A stretch of DNA of 64,000 nucleotides from Promethearchaeota archaeon (GCA_029838195.1 JALGVJ010000003.1:96001-160000), one strand, 5' to 3'. Positions 20,901 to 31,064 are shown, numbered from the stretch's first letter. Numbers and translations: made by a program. The notes: generated by a model not told the origin, from the letters alone.

Positions 20901-22790
20901 TGTTAAATTCCCCGTGATAGATTCATTTACGTTAATTTTCTTTGTTAAAGCATCAATAGCTGCTTGAATATTAAGCCTACCATACCCTTCATGAACATCT
21001 TTAAAACTCGAGCTCAGACCTAAATAGGTGCTGGGAGAATAATTGCTTTCATCGATGGAGGTTTTGGGATCATCTTCTCTGGCTAAGTTAGTTTCTGAAG
21101 CGGTCATGAGGAGAATTCCCTTAATCACCTTTACCCATTTTGACAAATCAGGCGTATCATTCCATTCTGACCAATTTCCCCATCGGGCTTCTATTAGAAG
21201 ATTAATGGCTGCACTCACAATTGCAGTAGCGATAGAGGTGCCATGGCCCGCTAGGGTTTCGTTTGTTATAGAATCAGCTCCGATAATCAAGCGGGATCCA
21301 TCAATTACGCTTCCTCCTGGTGCCACGATATCCGGTTTTACAACGCCCTGTCCTATAGAAGTTCCCATGCTGCTATAAGAAGTAACCTGATCCTTATCAT
21401 TTATAGCTCCGACGACGATTGCCTTTTTGTTCATAGCTAATTGATTTAAAGAATCGATGTCCGTTCCTTGTATTCCATAATTTCCAGCCGCAATCACCAC
21501 CAATGTTCCATTTTCAATAACATCATTGATTACTCGTTCCACAGAAATCAAATGCTCTCCTAAATTTCCAACTGAAAGACACACGCTAATAACATGTAAT
21601 TTCGTCCGGTTTAACAAGACATGTTTTAAAGCTTCAATCAAATCCGAGGCACGACCAACACCCGTGCCATTAATGATTTTATAGGATATTAATTTAGTGC
21701 CATTAGCTATTCCTGTAAAATAGGAATAGTTCTTAACGTAACATTCGGAATAATAACTAATGCTAACATTGAAGGAAAATGATGGATTGGTGAACATATC
21801 TTTATGATATTTTACATGTATATCATAGATGCCGGTATCATCTTTTCCAACGGAATGGTTAATGAGATAATATTTATTCTCTTGAGAATTATATGAATAA
21901 TTTACTCGTTCTTGATCCTTGTATAATTCTATCCAAAATTTATCAATCCCGGGTTCTTGTAAATCCCATGAAGAATTAATGAAAATATAACTATTTTCCC
22001 TCGATGCATTGAATGTAAAAATTTTAATGGAAAAGTTTCCCGGTATAGAATATCCTTCTTGAAATACCTCTGAATGCGAATAATTTCCTCGTACATGTAC
22101 TCTTACAGTATTGCTGGTATTATAAGGTTCTGTTCCGGTACCGGCAATCACGGAGCTAATAAAGGTACCATGGCCATTCTCATCAGATGCAATCTCAGGC
22201 GTGTCATCAATAAAGTCATGTTGTTCTATGATATTTCCAGAAAAATTCGTAGGGTTATATCCATTAGGAAAAAATGGATGGGCCGCAGAAATGCCGCTAT
22301 CTAATACGGCTATGGAACAATTTGTATCTCCTTTGAATCCGTTAACGTGCCAAGTGGAATTTACAGCTTGCACTTGTAATGTTGCGTAATTCATTTGAAC
22401 TTCCATTGTTTCATCGTCTTCAATGCCTGCACTCGTGACATTCCCTTCAAAATGAGTTATGTTATTTGCTGGAATTTTTCCTGAAAATCCTGAAACGGTT
22501 AAAAATGTATCGTTCCATCGGTTAATAATCGTTCCGCCTTGAAATTGAAATTCTGTTTCAGCGGATTCATGATACCAAGATTTGTTAAAATAAACAATTA
22601 CATCTTGTAATGCATTTCCATTTCCAGAAAATTTAAGATTTTTCTCTTGATCTTGATTTGTATCATATTTATTCGGGGTAGGCGAAAGCATGATGTTTTG
22701 GTTGGTAAAAATCGGCATCAAAACAATGAATAGGAATAGTGAAATGCCAATGAAAACCACGTGCGCTCTCTTAAATAGCCCTTTAATCAT
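17925..22790 (-). CDS. Membrane-anchored S8 subtilase with accessory beta-sandwich/Ig domains, a C-terminal TM helix and a double zinc ribbon
   Basis: Triad motifs IAVLDSG, NGHGTF and GTSIA; oxyanion AAGN; KPDIVAPG; N-terminal signal; TM WVILGGAAGIISISTILI; four C-terminal CxxC pairs. Confidence 0.9.
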   Translation of the reverse strand: MIKGLFKRAHVVFIGISLFLFIVLMPIFTNQNIMLSPTPNKYDTNQDQEKNLKFSGNGNALQDVIVYFNKSWYHESAETEFQFQGGTIINRWNDTFLTVSGFSGKIPANNITHFEGNVTSAGIEDDETMEVQMNYATLQVQAVNSTWHVNGFKGDTNCSIAVLDSGISAAHPFFPNGYNPTNFSGNIIEQHDFIDDTPEIASDENGHGTFISSVIAGTGTEPYNTSNTVRVHVRGNYSHSEVFQEGYSIPGNFSIKIFTFNASRENSYIFINSSWDLQEPGIDKFWIELYKDQERVNYSYNSQENKYYLINHSVGKDDTGIYDIHVKYHKDMFTNPSFSFNVSISYYSECYVKNYSYFTGIANGTKLISYKIINGTGVGRASDLIEALKHVLLNRTKLHVISVCLSVGNLGEHLISVERVINDVIENGTLVVIAAGNYGIQGTDIDSLNQLAMNKKAIVVGAINDKDQVTSYSSMGTSIGQGVVKPDIVAPGGSVIDGSRLIIGADSITNETLAGHGTSIATAIVSAAINLLIEARWGNWSEWNDTPDLSKWVKVIKGILLMTASETNLAREDDPKTSIDESNYSPSTYLGLSSSFKDVHEGYGRLNIQAAIDALTKKINVNESITGNLTSSQEDPLGAHVFARRISLAANNQYLFNLTEITPASLFQPTDFDMFLFSNETDANGEPILLASSQKYYGDFDYFYFIPRPNETECIITIKALTGASGFNLTVSKVANLHAPYFNITEIEYGDDQVKNATVISYQEYLGNPQDNNYTIDRYLFFINYTDLDTSNVAPQDIYVSIAGKGNYTLYPQGNPLQFNYTKGVTHATLPIRFEVPGNYSYFFYASDGRFKIRYPLQGYLNITIAPPSNAKSFPYFHSFNNGLNGWTHDGTGWGILTQTNENDDRSRIHDGDWKTLYFGKYHDKPESYTYQVVHPSIPYPDGDLTSPIFNLTKLGNNVQPFIRFGIRTSISEGDSIQLQMSANWSGWILLKTFTNEETEWHVIEFNLTEYKDYYVQFRFVTNLDDDDDAINYRGFMLDFAAIENFTNVHPPSLSDVEVSPSRGSEFQNYDFMINYYDEDNSYPEYVYLEMNGKNYTMFNVYGDWEGDSNLINDKGILFKRSLTLDDISNKSFRIHAFDGKYHVKTEWYNREDEFIGFIDPNPQEFNLAIQGNIVGREYSNDDISDFYVAGTPKPDQATAWLAGDNTWHVGNYSGESVIYGGIGLIFGETYRAYGTNWNAKLIIPPLQLQNEHDVYLEYDYEISLQQETNLNDDDLDRCMVSISTDYGETWEVLKEYTYQSEDLEGSERIELSKYVNDVIMIMFTLKSNDVVTSYGYGWILSNIYIGYDRDTDFNAPEIFINNPKTDDIVNLNVTINATITDDKEIDEERIDIYINKERIDSELLIYNKSTGILIYQWDTTEVSDGDYTILIVAFDEGNNRAEASVTARVNNLLINLMQWSPWVILGGAAGIISISTILISRKRNGLLYQKLKLIKTGKLRTTKRDKESILKKIKDLSLEEELKRPLTLHCKLCKTWYVSDRFDLICPECGHDQIHASYYCLNCERWYHEEEPREDYFCPKCQDVRLIRLEPTEVQQILEKEGKVLREFKSIEKKFSILDL

Positions 22791-25700
22791 TTTCTGCCTC
22801 CTCCTCCATTCTTTCTTTTAAAACATCTAATCGTTCTTTTAACGTATGCTCTATTTTCAAAATGGTGTCTTGAGAACTCAATTTAAATAAGGTCTCTTCC
22901 GCTCGTTTGATTTCATATTTTTCCATGGCATATTTAAGCGAATGTCGGAAATAAAAGGCAAGAATACCAATAGCTATAAAAGATGGTAATAAAACATAGA
23001 GCCATAAAAACTGTCGGGAATTCACGACTTTTATACTCACTTCATTTGAAATCGTTTCTTCTTGGAATAAATAATAATAGCTGATTCTTGCTCCCGATAA
23101 ATTCATGGTAATTTGAGTTTTAGCTCGAAATTTATAAGAAAAGCTAAGCTCTTCTCCCGGATCGAAACTCAGATTATAATTATTAACCAATCTTCCTTCC
23201 GTTAAAGTAAAAAGATCTTCTCGAAAACCAAATGCATCACTGAGAGAGAATTGTTCTATGGTGATGGTACCCGTATTTTTAATTTTTATAATTACTGTGA
23301 TGATATCATTAATTCGAGCTTGTTCTTTATCCACGCTCTTATTAAGGGAAAATTGAATTTTCCCGAGAATAATGGGTTCTGAAAAATATATTTGAATCGT
23401 CCTGCTTTCATTTCCCGTTAGGAAGTTAATGGGCGGATAATAATATCCCTTCCATCTATTTTTAGCAAGGGTAATCTTAGCAGATTTTATCTTATTATAG
23501 TTGATATCCTCAATGGTGATTAAAGGATTAGAGGTGGTATATAGTCCTTCAAATTTATCACCCACTCTCATGCTAAGTGCAGGTATGTTGGTTCCTTTTT
23601 GGCCTACATTTTTTACATTTATTCTTAACACGAATCTATCATTAATCGCAGGAGAACTGGTCGTTGTATTATAAAAAATTTCAGCAATGCGTATATAGGG
23701 AAATTTTTTAATATAATCTACCGGTGCGTTGAAAAAAACTTCATTTGAATAGACCTCTAAGGAAGTTTTATTAATATTTTTTATGAGCTCGTCATTATAA
23801 AAAGTAATTTTTGCTTTTTTAATTGAAGCCGTGTTGGGAGTATAAAAGGTGAAGTTAATTATCTTTTCCTCTGAGGGTGCGAGAGAAGTGATATTATAAT
23901 ATAAATAATTACCTTGCACGGTGAAATTTTTTGAGTCGGCGATTATTCCGGGGATTAAAATCGAAACAGAAACATTTTTAGCCTCTTTTGACCCGATATT
24001 CTTTAATGTTAAGCAATATTCATTAATTTGTTTTAAACCGGGAGTATAAGAACTTAAATTCGTGATCGCAATTATCGAGGGCATGTCATAATTACTTAAT
24101 CGTAAAGAATTCGAATATCGGGTAAAATAAGTATAACCCCTATTATCACTAAATAATACTCTCGTACGAGATACATTATAAGCATTTACATCACTCGTTA
24201 AAAATAACACGTCGATATCATCGATGGAGAGATTAAATTCAACGTCGTCCGTCCGAGTGATCTTTAAGATAATGGTATTATTTTGAGGCGTGTCTTTATT
24301 CATTACATGTTTCAAATGCTCTCTGTGTTTTAGAAACGTGATGATTAAGGATTTATTATCTTCCAATGAAGTGATTCCTGAAGGGATGGATTCGAATTGC
24401 TCTTCTGAAAAATTAAATACTTCAAAAGATAAATCAAGATCCGTTAAATTCACGTTATTTGTAAAATTAATGACTATCTGAATCCCATCAAGCGCATTAT
24501 TCTTTAAATCTACCTCTGTTGTATTTTCAAACACGAAAATAGCTTCTAATTGCTGATTTCCATAATATTTTTCGCTTGAGATATTCCATCCCATGCCATC
24601 GGTATATAGTGCCATGGACGAATTAGTTCCTTGAATGGAGGTTCCCAAAACCAGTTCAGGTGAAGGATAAGGGGCATCGTGAAGAAGAAAATTCATTTCA
24701 AAGAAACTTGAGTATGTATCATAATCACTATCGGCTAAAGAGATATTAGATGGAGTAAATGTTATATTTTCTCCGGGTTTTATTACCCAATTATCATCAT
24801 TCCAAATACTATTGTTGTTATTAAAGGTATCGCTTAACGGTAATAATAGGGCATAAAGAGCGGGATTATCTTCTTGAATGTAATCAATTAATTCGTCCAT
24901 ATCTTCACTGTAAGGATAAATATTAGCCGGTGTTAAAGCGGGATAATAGTTATCAATTATTCCTGTACCCCAAGTGTCAATATAAAATAGTCTAGGGGGC
25001 TCATCCAAGTTCATAAACTCTTCTAAGGAATCATATTCATCAAAATATTTTTGAACCGACTCCCATAAATCATCATAAAGCGTGTCGCCTAATAATTCCT
25101 TCAAGTCAATCAAATCCAATAAATAAGGGGTTGGAATTCCCCAAGCATCTTTATCTCCAATATTCTTTATAGAAATATTGAAGGAAAACTCTCGATTGAT
25201 TCCGTAGGAAGCATTCATTTCGGGTAGAATTTTTTCCACTACAAGGTTTGGTTCTGAACCTGCAGTTTTATATTTTACTTTTAAATTTTCAATGGGGTTC
25301 AAGATACCCGTGGGAATACTTGTAAAGGGCATTATGCCCGTTAACTGGATTGCATTGATGATATCCGTGGGGTCTTCTTGATTTACAGGTAATAGAAAGT
25401 TAGTACACATGCCGTTTTCGCTGTTCCACATTAATTTTAAACTATAATTTTTTATTACATCCACATCAAAATCTTCGACGCCCATGAGGGAGGTTAATTC
25501 TTGCATTTTATCTATCAAGTAATCAGAAAATTCAAAATATTTAGGGGTCATGTCAATTATTTCGGGAGATAATACATGGATATTAATTTGGCTCATGAAG
25601 GCGCCCATCAATGCAATATAAATTTTTTCACTTGGTTCTATGACGTCTCCTTGATAACCCAAGGCATCTCGCAAGTTGAATTCGTATTGGTTATTTTCAA

Positions 25701-26637
25701 TTTTAGTGATTCCATCATCTAATCCTTCATATTGTATTTGAATTAAAGTGTAATGTGAATCTTCCGATAAAGATAATTGTTGCTGAGAGGTATCAGAAGC
25801 ATTATCCCCTGTAAATAATTCCATAAATTGCGATAAATTAACACTTTCCAACATGGAAATTCCAAAATTTTCTAAGTTAAAATTCAATTGGTCCGTGGAT
25901 AAGTCTTTTTTTTCCTCTAAGAAATCCAGAGAATTAATCATGAGAAAATGAGACGATAAGTGATAATTCTTATAATAAGTTTGATTTTTTAAGCGATCCA
26001 AGTCTAATGCCTTCCAATATCCATCCATCGGAAAATTATCCGTGATTCCTTCTAAATAACTTTCCCAATCAGGATAATACCCGATGAATGGATAAAAATT
26101 TTTATTATTTGTCTCCACTAAAGTTAAATCAATTTGAAATTTGTTTTTAATAATATTCAAGGCACGTTGAGCCCGCCATTCTATATCATCCTTTTTCAAA
26201 CTGTCATCATAATACAAGAATCCCGTAAACCCGTTTAGATTCGGTGTAGAAGGTAAGATAAGGTCATTTTCGGTTAATACTTGAGGAAACATGCGAGGCT
26301 GAATTCCATTGGACACGCTTATCAGAAAGGTGCATTTATAAAATGCAGGCTCATTCGTATCAAATTGTGATATGATGTTTGTATCATTCGTGAATAATGA
26401 TTGTTGAATAATGGATTTATTTCCGGCAACATACGCATTTATTTGTTCGGCGTAAAGATCAGACCCGGCCACATCTGAGCTTCTTGGAAGTTTCTTGTCA
26501 TCCTTATTTTCCTCATCATTAGTTAAATTTTCTAATAGTATTTGTCCACTCAAAGGTAGAAAATGCAAGAAAGAACTAAGTCCAATTAAAATGATTAGAC
26601 TCGATAAAATAATGATATGAAATTTTATTTTATACAT
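22783..26637 (-). CDS. Large secreted, membrane-anchored surface protein with DUF11/CARDB-like Ig repeats
   Basis: N-terminal hydrophobic signal; repeated 'KNIG/KNVG/KNTG' beta-sandwich motifs; C-terminal TM LWLYVLLPSFIAIGILAFYF; many N-x-S/T sequons. Confidence 0.7.
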   Translation of the reverse strand: MYKIKFHIIILSSLIILIGLSSFLHFLPLSGQILLENLTNDEENKDDKKLPRSSDVAGSDLYAEQINAYVAGNKSIIQQSLFTNDTNIISQFDTNEPAFYKCTFLISVSNGIQPRMFPQVLTENDLILPSTPNLNGFTGFLYYDDSLKKDDIEWRAQRALNIIKNKFQIDLTLVETNNKNFYPFIGYYPDWESYLEGITDNFPMDGYWKALDLDRLKNQTYYKNYHLSSHFLMINSLDFLEEKKDLSTDQLNFNLENFGISMLESVNLSQFMELFTGDNASDTSQQQLSLSEDSHYTLIQIQYEGLDDGITKIENNQYEFNLRDALGYQGDVIEPSEKIYIALMGAFMSQINIHVLSPEIIDMTPKYFEFSDYLIDKMQELTSLMGVEDFDVDVIKNYSLKLMWNSENGMCTNFLLPVNQEDPTDIINAIQLTGIMPFTSIPTGILNPIENLKVKYKTAGSEPNLVVEKILPEMNASYGINREFSFNISIKNIGDKDAWGIPTPYLLDLIDLKELLGDTLYDDLWESVQKYFDEYDSLEEFMNLDEPPRLFYIDTWGTGIIDNYYPALTPANIYPYSEDMDELIDYIQEDNPALYALLLPLSDTFNNNNSIWNDDNWVIKPGENITFTPSNISLADSDYDTYSSFFEMNFLLHDAPYPSPELVLGTSIQGTNSSMALYTDGMGWNISSEKYYGNQQLEAIFVFENTTEVDLKNNALDGIQIVINFTNNVNLTDLDLSFEVFNFSEEQFESIPSGITSLEDNKSLIITFLKHREHLKHVMNKDTPQNNTIILKITRTDDVEFNLSIDDIDVLFLTSDVNAYNVSRTRVLFSDNRGYTYFTRYSNSLRLSNYDMPSIIAITNLSSYTPGLKQINEYCLTLKNIGSKEAKNVSVSILIPGIIADSKNFTVQGNYLYYNITSLAPSEEKIINFTFYTPNTASIKKAKITFYNDELIKNINKTSLEVYSNEVFFNAPVDYIKKFPYIRIAEIFYNTTTSSPAINDRFVLRINVKNVGQKGTNIPALSMRVGDKFEGLYTTSNPLITIEDINYNKIKSAKITLAKNRWKGYYYPPINFLTGNESRTIQIYFSEPIILGKIQFSLNKSVDKEQARINDIITVIIKIKNTGTITIEQFSLSDAFGFREDLFTLTEGRLVNNYNLSFDPGEELSFSYKFRAKTQITMNLSGARISYYYLFQEETISNEVSIKVVNSRQFLWLYVLLPSFIAIGILAFYFRHSLKYAMEKYEIKRAEETLFKLSSQDTILKIEHTLKERLDVLKERMEEEAEND

Positions 26638-26652
26638 GCATATCTCCCTTTT

Positions 26653-29600
26653 TTATAAAGATTCCCTATAAATATCAATAATTTTATCCGTTCTAGCTCG
26701 CCTTAAAAGGACTTTCATCCCAATGAGCACAGAAAGCATAGAAAGTATATATACGATGATCACGTTCATGTAAGGAAAGACGATATCGGTAGGTGTATCA
26801 GATAATAAATTTAGATTGGAAGCTAATAACCATGCCGTGAGCCAACCCGTTATCAAGCCAATGATCGCACTACTGGTCATGATGATTAATGCTTCTAATA
26901 TGAATAACCGATTCACATCGCTTCCTCTTAGCCCTAATGTTCTAACGATTCCAATCTCTTTTTTCCTCTCAATTATTGAAGAATAGGAAGATGATAATAA
27001 CCCAAAAAGGCAAATTACAACAGTTGCATACAATACGATGGAAAAGATGGAGTCTAAGGTGGAAAATGTTTGTTCATTCATTCGAATTTGACGATCTAAA
27101 TTTATAACTCTAAAATCATAATAATACTTGTAAGTATCTTCAATAAATACTTCAATCTGACGTGAATTTTTAGCAGCGTTTTCATTAAGCTTGATGAAAA
27201 ACTTCTCAACATGAACATTTGCCGGAATATCCAATAATTTTAAATATAAATCTTGTGAAATTAACACGCCACCATTGCGTGCCGCATTGGAAGAACCAGA
27301 GAAGCGTCCGGAAAATCCTGGCATGGAAGATGCCATTCCTACAATAATGAAAGGATAATTTTCTGTTTCATCTCCTCGTTCTACAATCAAGCGTACTTTA
27401 TCGCCTAAATTTAAATTTAAACTTTGCCCAATTGCCTCTGATATGATGCAAGCATGCGTTTCTTGCTCAATGAAGAGTTGCTGGAATGCCTCATCTCGAT
27501 TTCCCCTAGTAAACTTAATGTATTGGGTATCAATCGCCGTAAGATATTCTTCGTCAATTCCATAAAGACTAATGCTCTGCGTGGTCAAACCGGCATAATC
27601 TCCAAACTCAACGCTAAATTCTTTTCCCACTTGAGAATAAATTTGGCTCAAATGGAACGGGGTTGCTGGCACGCTCGATACTATTTCTACCCCTTCAATT
27701 TGTAACAAGGTCGTTTTAAAATCCACAGTCATTATTCGACTTGGGTCTATGGAATAAGTTTCTTCCTCTGCTAAAGGATTAATTTCAGAATTTCCAAGAA
27801 ATTCTTTTTCTCCACTTTCCTGAAAGGGATCTTGCGTGCTAAAAAACCCAAATCCTCCTTGTCCCGAGCGCTGGGCAGTTTCCCATCCCGTTGTTTCAAT
27901 CACTAAATCAGACCCATACCGCAAGCGGACGTTAAGGGTAAATTGAGCGGATAAAGTCTGTAGGACTGTGGCTGTAAATATCACGAAGGAAAAGGACATG
28001 GCAAAAATGATCACCGTGCTTGTATTCCTTCGATGATACCGGAATACGAAAATTCTTATAACACTATGTAATTTCTTTGATATTGGTTGAAAAATTAATA
28101 ATACCAGTCTTAAAATTACCGGTACAAGCCCCATTCCTGCTAATGTCATTCCAATATTAAAGATGAGTAAAATTGTTAATAATGTTCCCGCTAATAAAGA
28201 AGCATCTCCCGTAATAATTAATCGAGGGATGATAAAATAAACAAACCCACCATTTCCGGCTAAAATGAGCCCTACTAAAATTAATTTATAATTAATCGTG
28301 GATTTTTTTTGTAAATGATATAATGTATCTTCATGACGATACGGATGAATGGATTCTATTAATTGAAGTCTTCTAACTTTCATGGCAGGGGCAATGCTCA
28401 CGGCTAATCCGACCCCAATTCCAAGGCAATAAGCAATTAAAACTGAAACAATGTTAAAAGCGAATTCGACTCCCGCATTTCCCAATCCAAATCCAGAGGA
28501 TAAAACATTTTCAGCAAAGGGTAATAAGAAGATGTCGGTAATGAAATATGCCTCAATCATTCCTAATATAGTCCCGATATTACACATGAGAAAACCTTGA
28601 ATAATTACAATGGCTAAATTATAGTTTTTATACGCCCCCAACACCCTGAAGATTCCAAATTCTCTTATTTTTTCTTCCACGGATGTATTTAAAATTCCGT
28701 TTATTAGTATACCGGAAATTAACATGCCAATAATAGACACGAATACAAAAATAATTGTAATTCCAACACTAAACATCTCAGAATATCCTAACATTCGCAA
28801 CTTCGGTAATTCTATATTATATTCCTCAATTCCTAATGCAAGTTGAATCTCCGAAGCAAATTCTTTTACTTTTATTTCCGATCCTTTAACGTCTCTCACA
28901 TCATAAAAATCAGACGCATGTTTGAACGTCATGATTAATTTACTGCAGCGATCTTTGAACACGTCATATCCGAATATCCGATAGAGCGTTTCGATGTTTA
29001 CCACAATGAGATTCTTACTTCGGTAATCGGAGGGCCATTTTAAGTTATAATCAAAAATGTAATCAATTATTAATCGCTTGGTCTTAGTAATTGTCTTATC
29101 TCCATGAATTATCTGCATTTCGATTTTGATGCCATCTCCTTTCTTGTACTTGATGATATCATTAAATTCATGATAAATCGCACAGTGATAGACGGGGAGA
29201 TTAATTGCTCCTAATGAATTTCCGGTATCTGGATCTAAGAACTCTCCAAATCCTAAGGAATTTTCTAGCGAAAAATCAATTCCTGAAATCGTCACGGATT
29301 GCGTGAATTCGGTAAGTTTCGTGCTTTCAAAACTTTCAGAGATATAAACAGTTCCCGTTGCCTCCATTCGTGGAATATAAGATTCTATCTCATCAGTAGT
29401 AGATTCGATTTTTTGAATGACTTCTTGAAATTTAAAATATGAAGATCTATCCTCAGGCTCTCCATTATAATGCCTTATGGAGACCACCATGTCTTGATCT
29501 CCCGCATCTGTCGCGAGATAATCAACGAAGGAAACGGTAATAGAATCTGAGAGAAATAGAATGATAGAAAGCAAGCTGACACTTATCATTACCCCTATTA

Positions 29601-29676
29601 TACCTATTGTTGATCTTACTTTTTGATTTCTTAGATCCTTAAAAGCGTAAATAAATGCCAGCTTGATATTAAACAT
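26653..29676 (-). CDS. ABC transporter permease, MacB/FtsX family, paralog of 14874-17861
   Basis: EEKIREFGIFRVLG, ERKKEIGIVRTLG and YGSDLVI. Confidence 0.9.
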   Translation of the reverse strand: MFNIKLAFIYAFKDLRNQKVRSTIGIIGVMISVSLLSIILFLSDSITVSFVDYLATDAGDQDMVVSIRHYNGEPEDRSSYFKFQEVIQKIESTTDEIESYIPRMEATGTVYISESFESTKLTEFTQSVTISGIDFSLENSLGFGEFLDPDTGNSLGAINLPVYHCAIYHEFNDIIKYKKGDGIKIEMQIIHGDKTITKTKRLIIDYIFDYNLKWPSDYRSKNLIVVNIETLYRIFGYDVFKDRCSKLIMTFKHASDFYDVRDVKGSEIKVKEFASEIQLALGIEEYNIELPKLRMLGYSEMFSVGITIIFVFVSIIGMLISGILINGILNTSVEEKIREFGIFRVLGAYKNYNLAIVIIQGFLMCNIGTILGMIEAYFITDIFLLPFAENVLSSGFGLGNAGVEFAFNIVSVLIAYCLGIGVGLAVSIAPAMKVRRLQLIESIHPYRHEDTLYHLQKKSTINYKLILVGLILAGNGGFVYFIIPRLIITGDASLLAGTLLTILLIFNIGMTLAGMGLVPVILRLVLLIFQPISKKLHSVIRIFVFRYHRRNTSTVIIFAMSFSFVIFTATVLQTLSAQFTLNVRLRYGSDLVIETTGWETAQRSGQGGFGFFSTQDPFQESGEKEFLGNSEINPLAEEETYSIDPSRIMTVDFKTTLLQIEGVEIVSSVPATPFHLSQIYSQVGKEFSVEFGDYAGLTTQSISLYGIDEEYLTAIDTQYIKFTRGNRDEAFQQLFIEQETHACIISEAIGQSLNLNLGDKVRLIVERGDETENYPFIIVGMASSMPGFSGRFSGSSNAARNGGVLISQDLYLKLLDIPANVHVEKFFIKLNENAAKNSRQIEVFIEDTYKYYYDFRVINLDRQIRMNEQTFSTLDSIFSIVLYATVVICLFGLLSSSYSSIIERKKEIGIVRTLGLRGSDVNRLFILEALIIMTSSAIIGLITGWLTAWLLASNLNLLSDTPTDIVFPYMNVIIVYILSMLSVLIGMKVLLRRARTDKIIDIYRESL

Positions 29677-29725
29677 TCCGTTTCAAACGTAAATTTTTCT
29701 TGATTTTATTATGAGTGTGAGGAAA

Positions 29726-30901
29726 TTATTGTAAGATTAATAATTCACCTTGAATTTTGGCTTTTAAATTATTATCTTCGATTATTTCTTCCAAAATATC
29801 ATTAAAATGTTCGGGCAAGTTAAGAATAATGTCTCTAGGAATATGACTCCTAATATCACTAATTTTTATCTCGTTTTTTCCTTGCGAGGTAAATAAATAT
29901 TTATAAATGTGAGTCTTACATTTTTCCTTATTAAGTTCCATCTCTTTTTTACGGGTTAATTCCATGATTTCTGTTTCTTTCAACCCGCTGATTTTTCCTT
30001 CATGAGTTAATTTTCCATCTCTCATGTGAAAAACCCTCGTGGCAAATTCTGATACAGCAGCATCGTGAGAAACGGCAATGAATGTGGCCCCTTTTTTATT
30101 TAAATCTCTCAATAAATTGAGGATCATGACCCCTGTCTTGCTGTCTAAATCTCCCGTCGGCTCGTCTAGGACGCAGATTGCTGGGTCATTAGCAAATGCT
30201 CGAGCAATTGCTACACGTTGTTGTTCTCCTCCAGAGAGTTCCGAAGGCGTGTGGTGCGCTCTTTCATCCAAACCCACTAACCGTAATAGATCCATGGCTT
30301 TTTTCCGCTTCCCGCGGCGACTTAATTTACCAGAAAAATGTAACGGGACCATGACGTTTTCTAAGGCAGTCATCTGGGGCAGTAGATTGTAAAATTGAAA
30401 AACAAATCCAATTCTTTCTCTTCTTATATCTGCCAATTCATTATCGGATAACATGGAGATGTTTCTACCCTCTAAAAATATTTTTCCGCGTGTTGGTGTA
30501 TCTAATCCTCCAATTAGATTAAGAAGTGTCGTCTTTCCGCTTCCTGAGGGGCCCATTATATCAACAAAATCCCCTTTATCGATGGTCAAATCTACACCTC
30601 TAAGCGCAGCAACCGCAGTAGTCCCTAGCAAGTATGTTTTGTGAAGATTCTCAACCACAATTAAATGTTCATAATCTTTTCCTACTTCTTTATCTTCTTC
30701 AATTTCTCTTTTCTTGCGTTCTTTTTCTACTTTCGATTCTAAAAGTTTTTCCTTTTTTAATTCCTTGCGTTGTTGTTTTTCTTTCTTCTTTTTCCATTTT
30801 TGAAAATCTTTTGTTATCTGTCCCTTCCAAATAGCAAGTCTCCCAGTTTCCTCTTCATATTCTTCCATCAGAGGCGTTTTCATGGAAAATTTTTCACTCA
30901 T
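29726..30901 (-). CDS. ABC ATP-binding protein (LolD/MacB type) with N- and C-terminal extensions
   Basis: [41 protein letters not shown] and the H-loop VSHD. Confidence 0.95.
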   Translation of the reverse strand: MSEKFSMKTPLMEEYEEETGRLAIWKGQITKDFQKWKKKKEKQQRKELKKEKLLESKVEKERKKREIEEDKEVGKDYEHLIVVENLHKTYLLGTTAVAALRGVDLTIDKGDFVDIMGPSGSGKTTLLNLIGGLDTPTRGKIFLEGRNISMLSDNELADIRRERIGFVFQFYNLLPQMTALENVMVPLHFSGKLSRRGKRKKAMDLLRLVGLDERAHHTPSELSGGEQQRVAIARAFANDPAICVLDEPTGDLDSKTGVMILNLLRDLNKKGATFIAVSHDAAVSEFATRVFHMRDGKLTHEGKISGLKETEIMELTRKKEMELNKEKCKTHIYKYLFTSQGKNEIKISDIRSHIPRDIILNLPEHFNDILEEIIEDNNLKAKIQGELLILQ

Positions 30902-31064
30902 TTTTTTCCCCTATATAATATTAATAACTTAATTAAGTGATTAACAAAATTTCTCACGTGTTAGCGTGAATAATATTCCAGATTTATTAATTTTTTTTAT
31001 AATTTTTAATAAACCCCGCATGATGTTCCCATTTTTTCTTGTCATTAAATTCATTAATTCCTAT

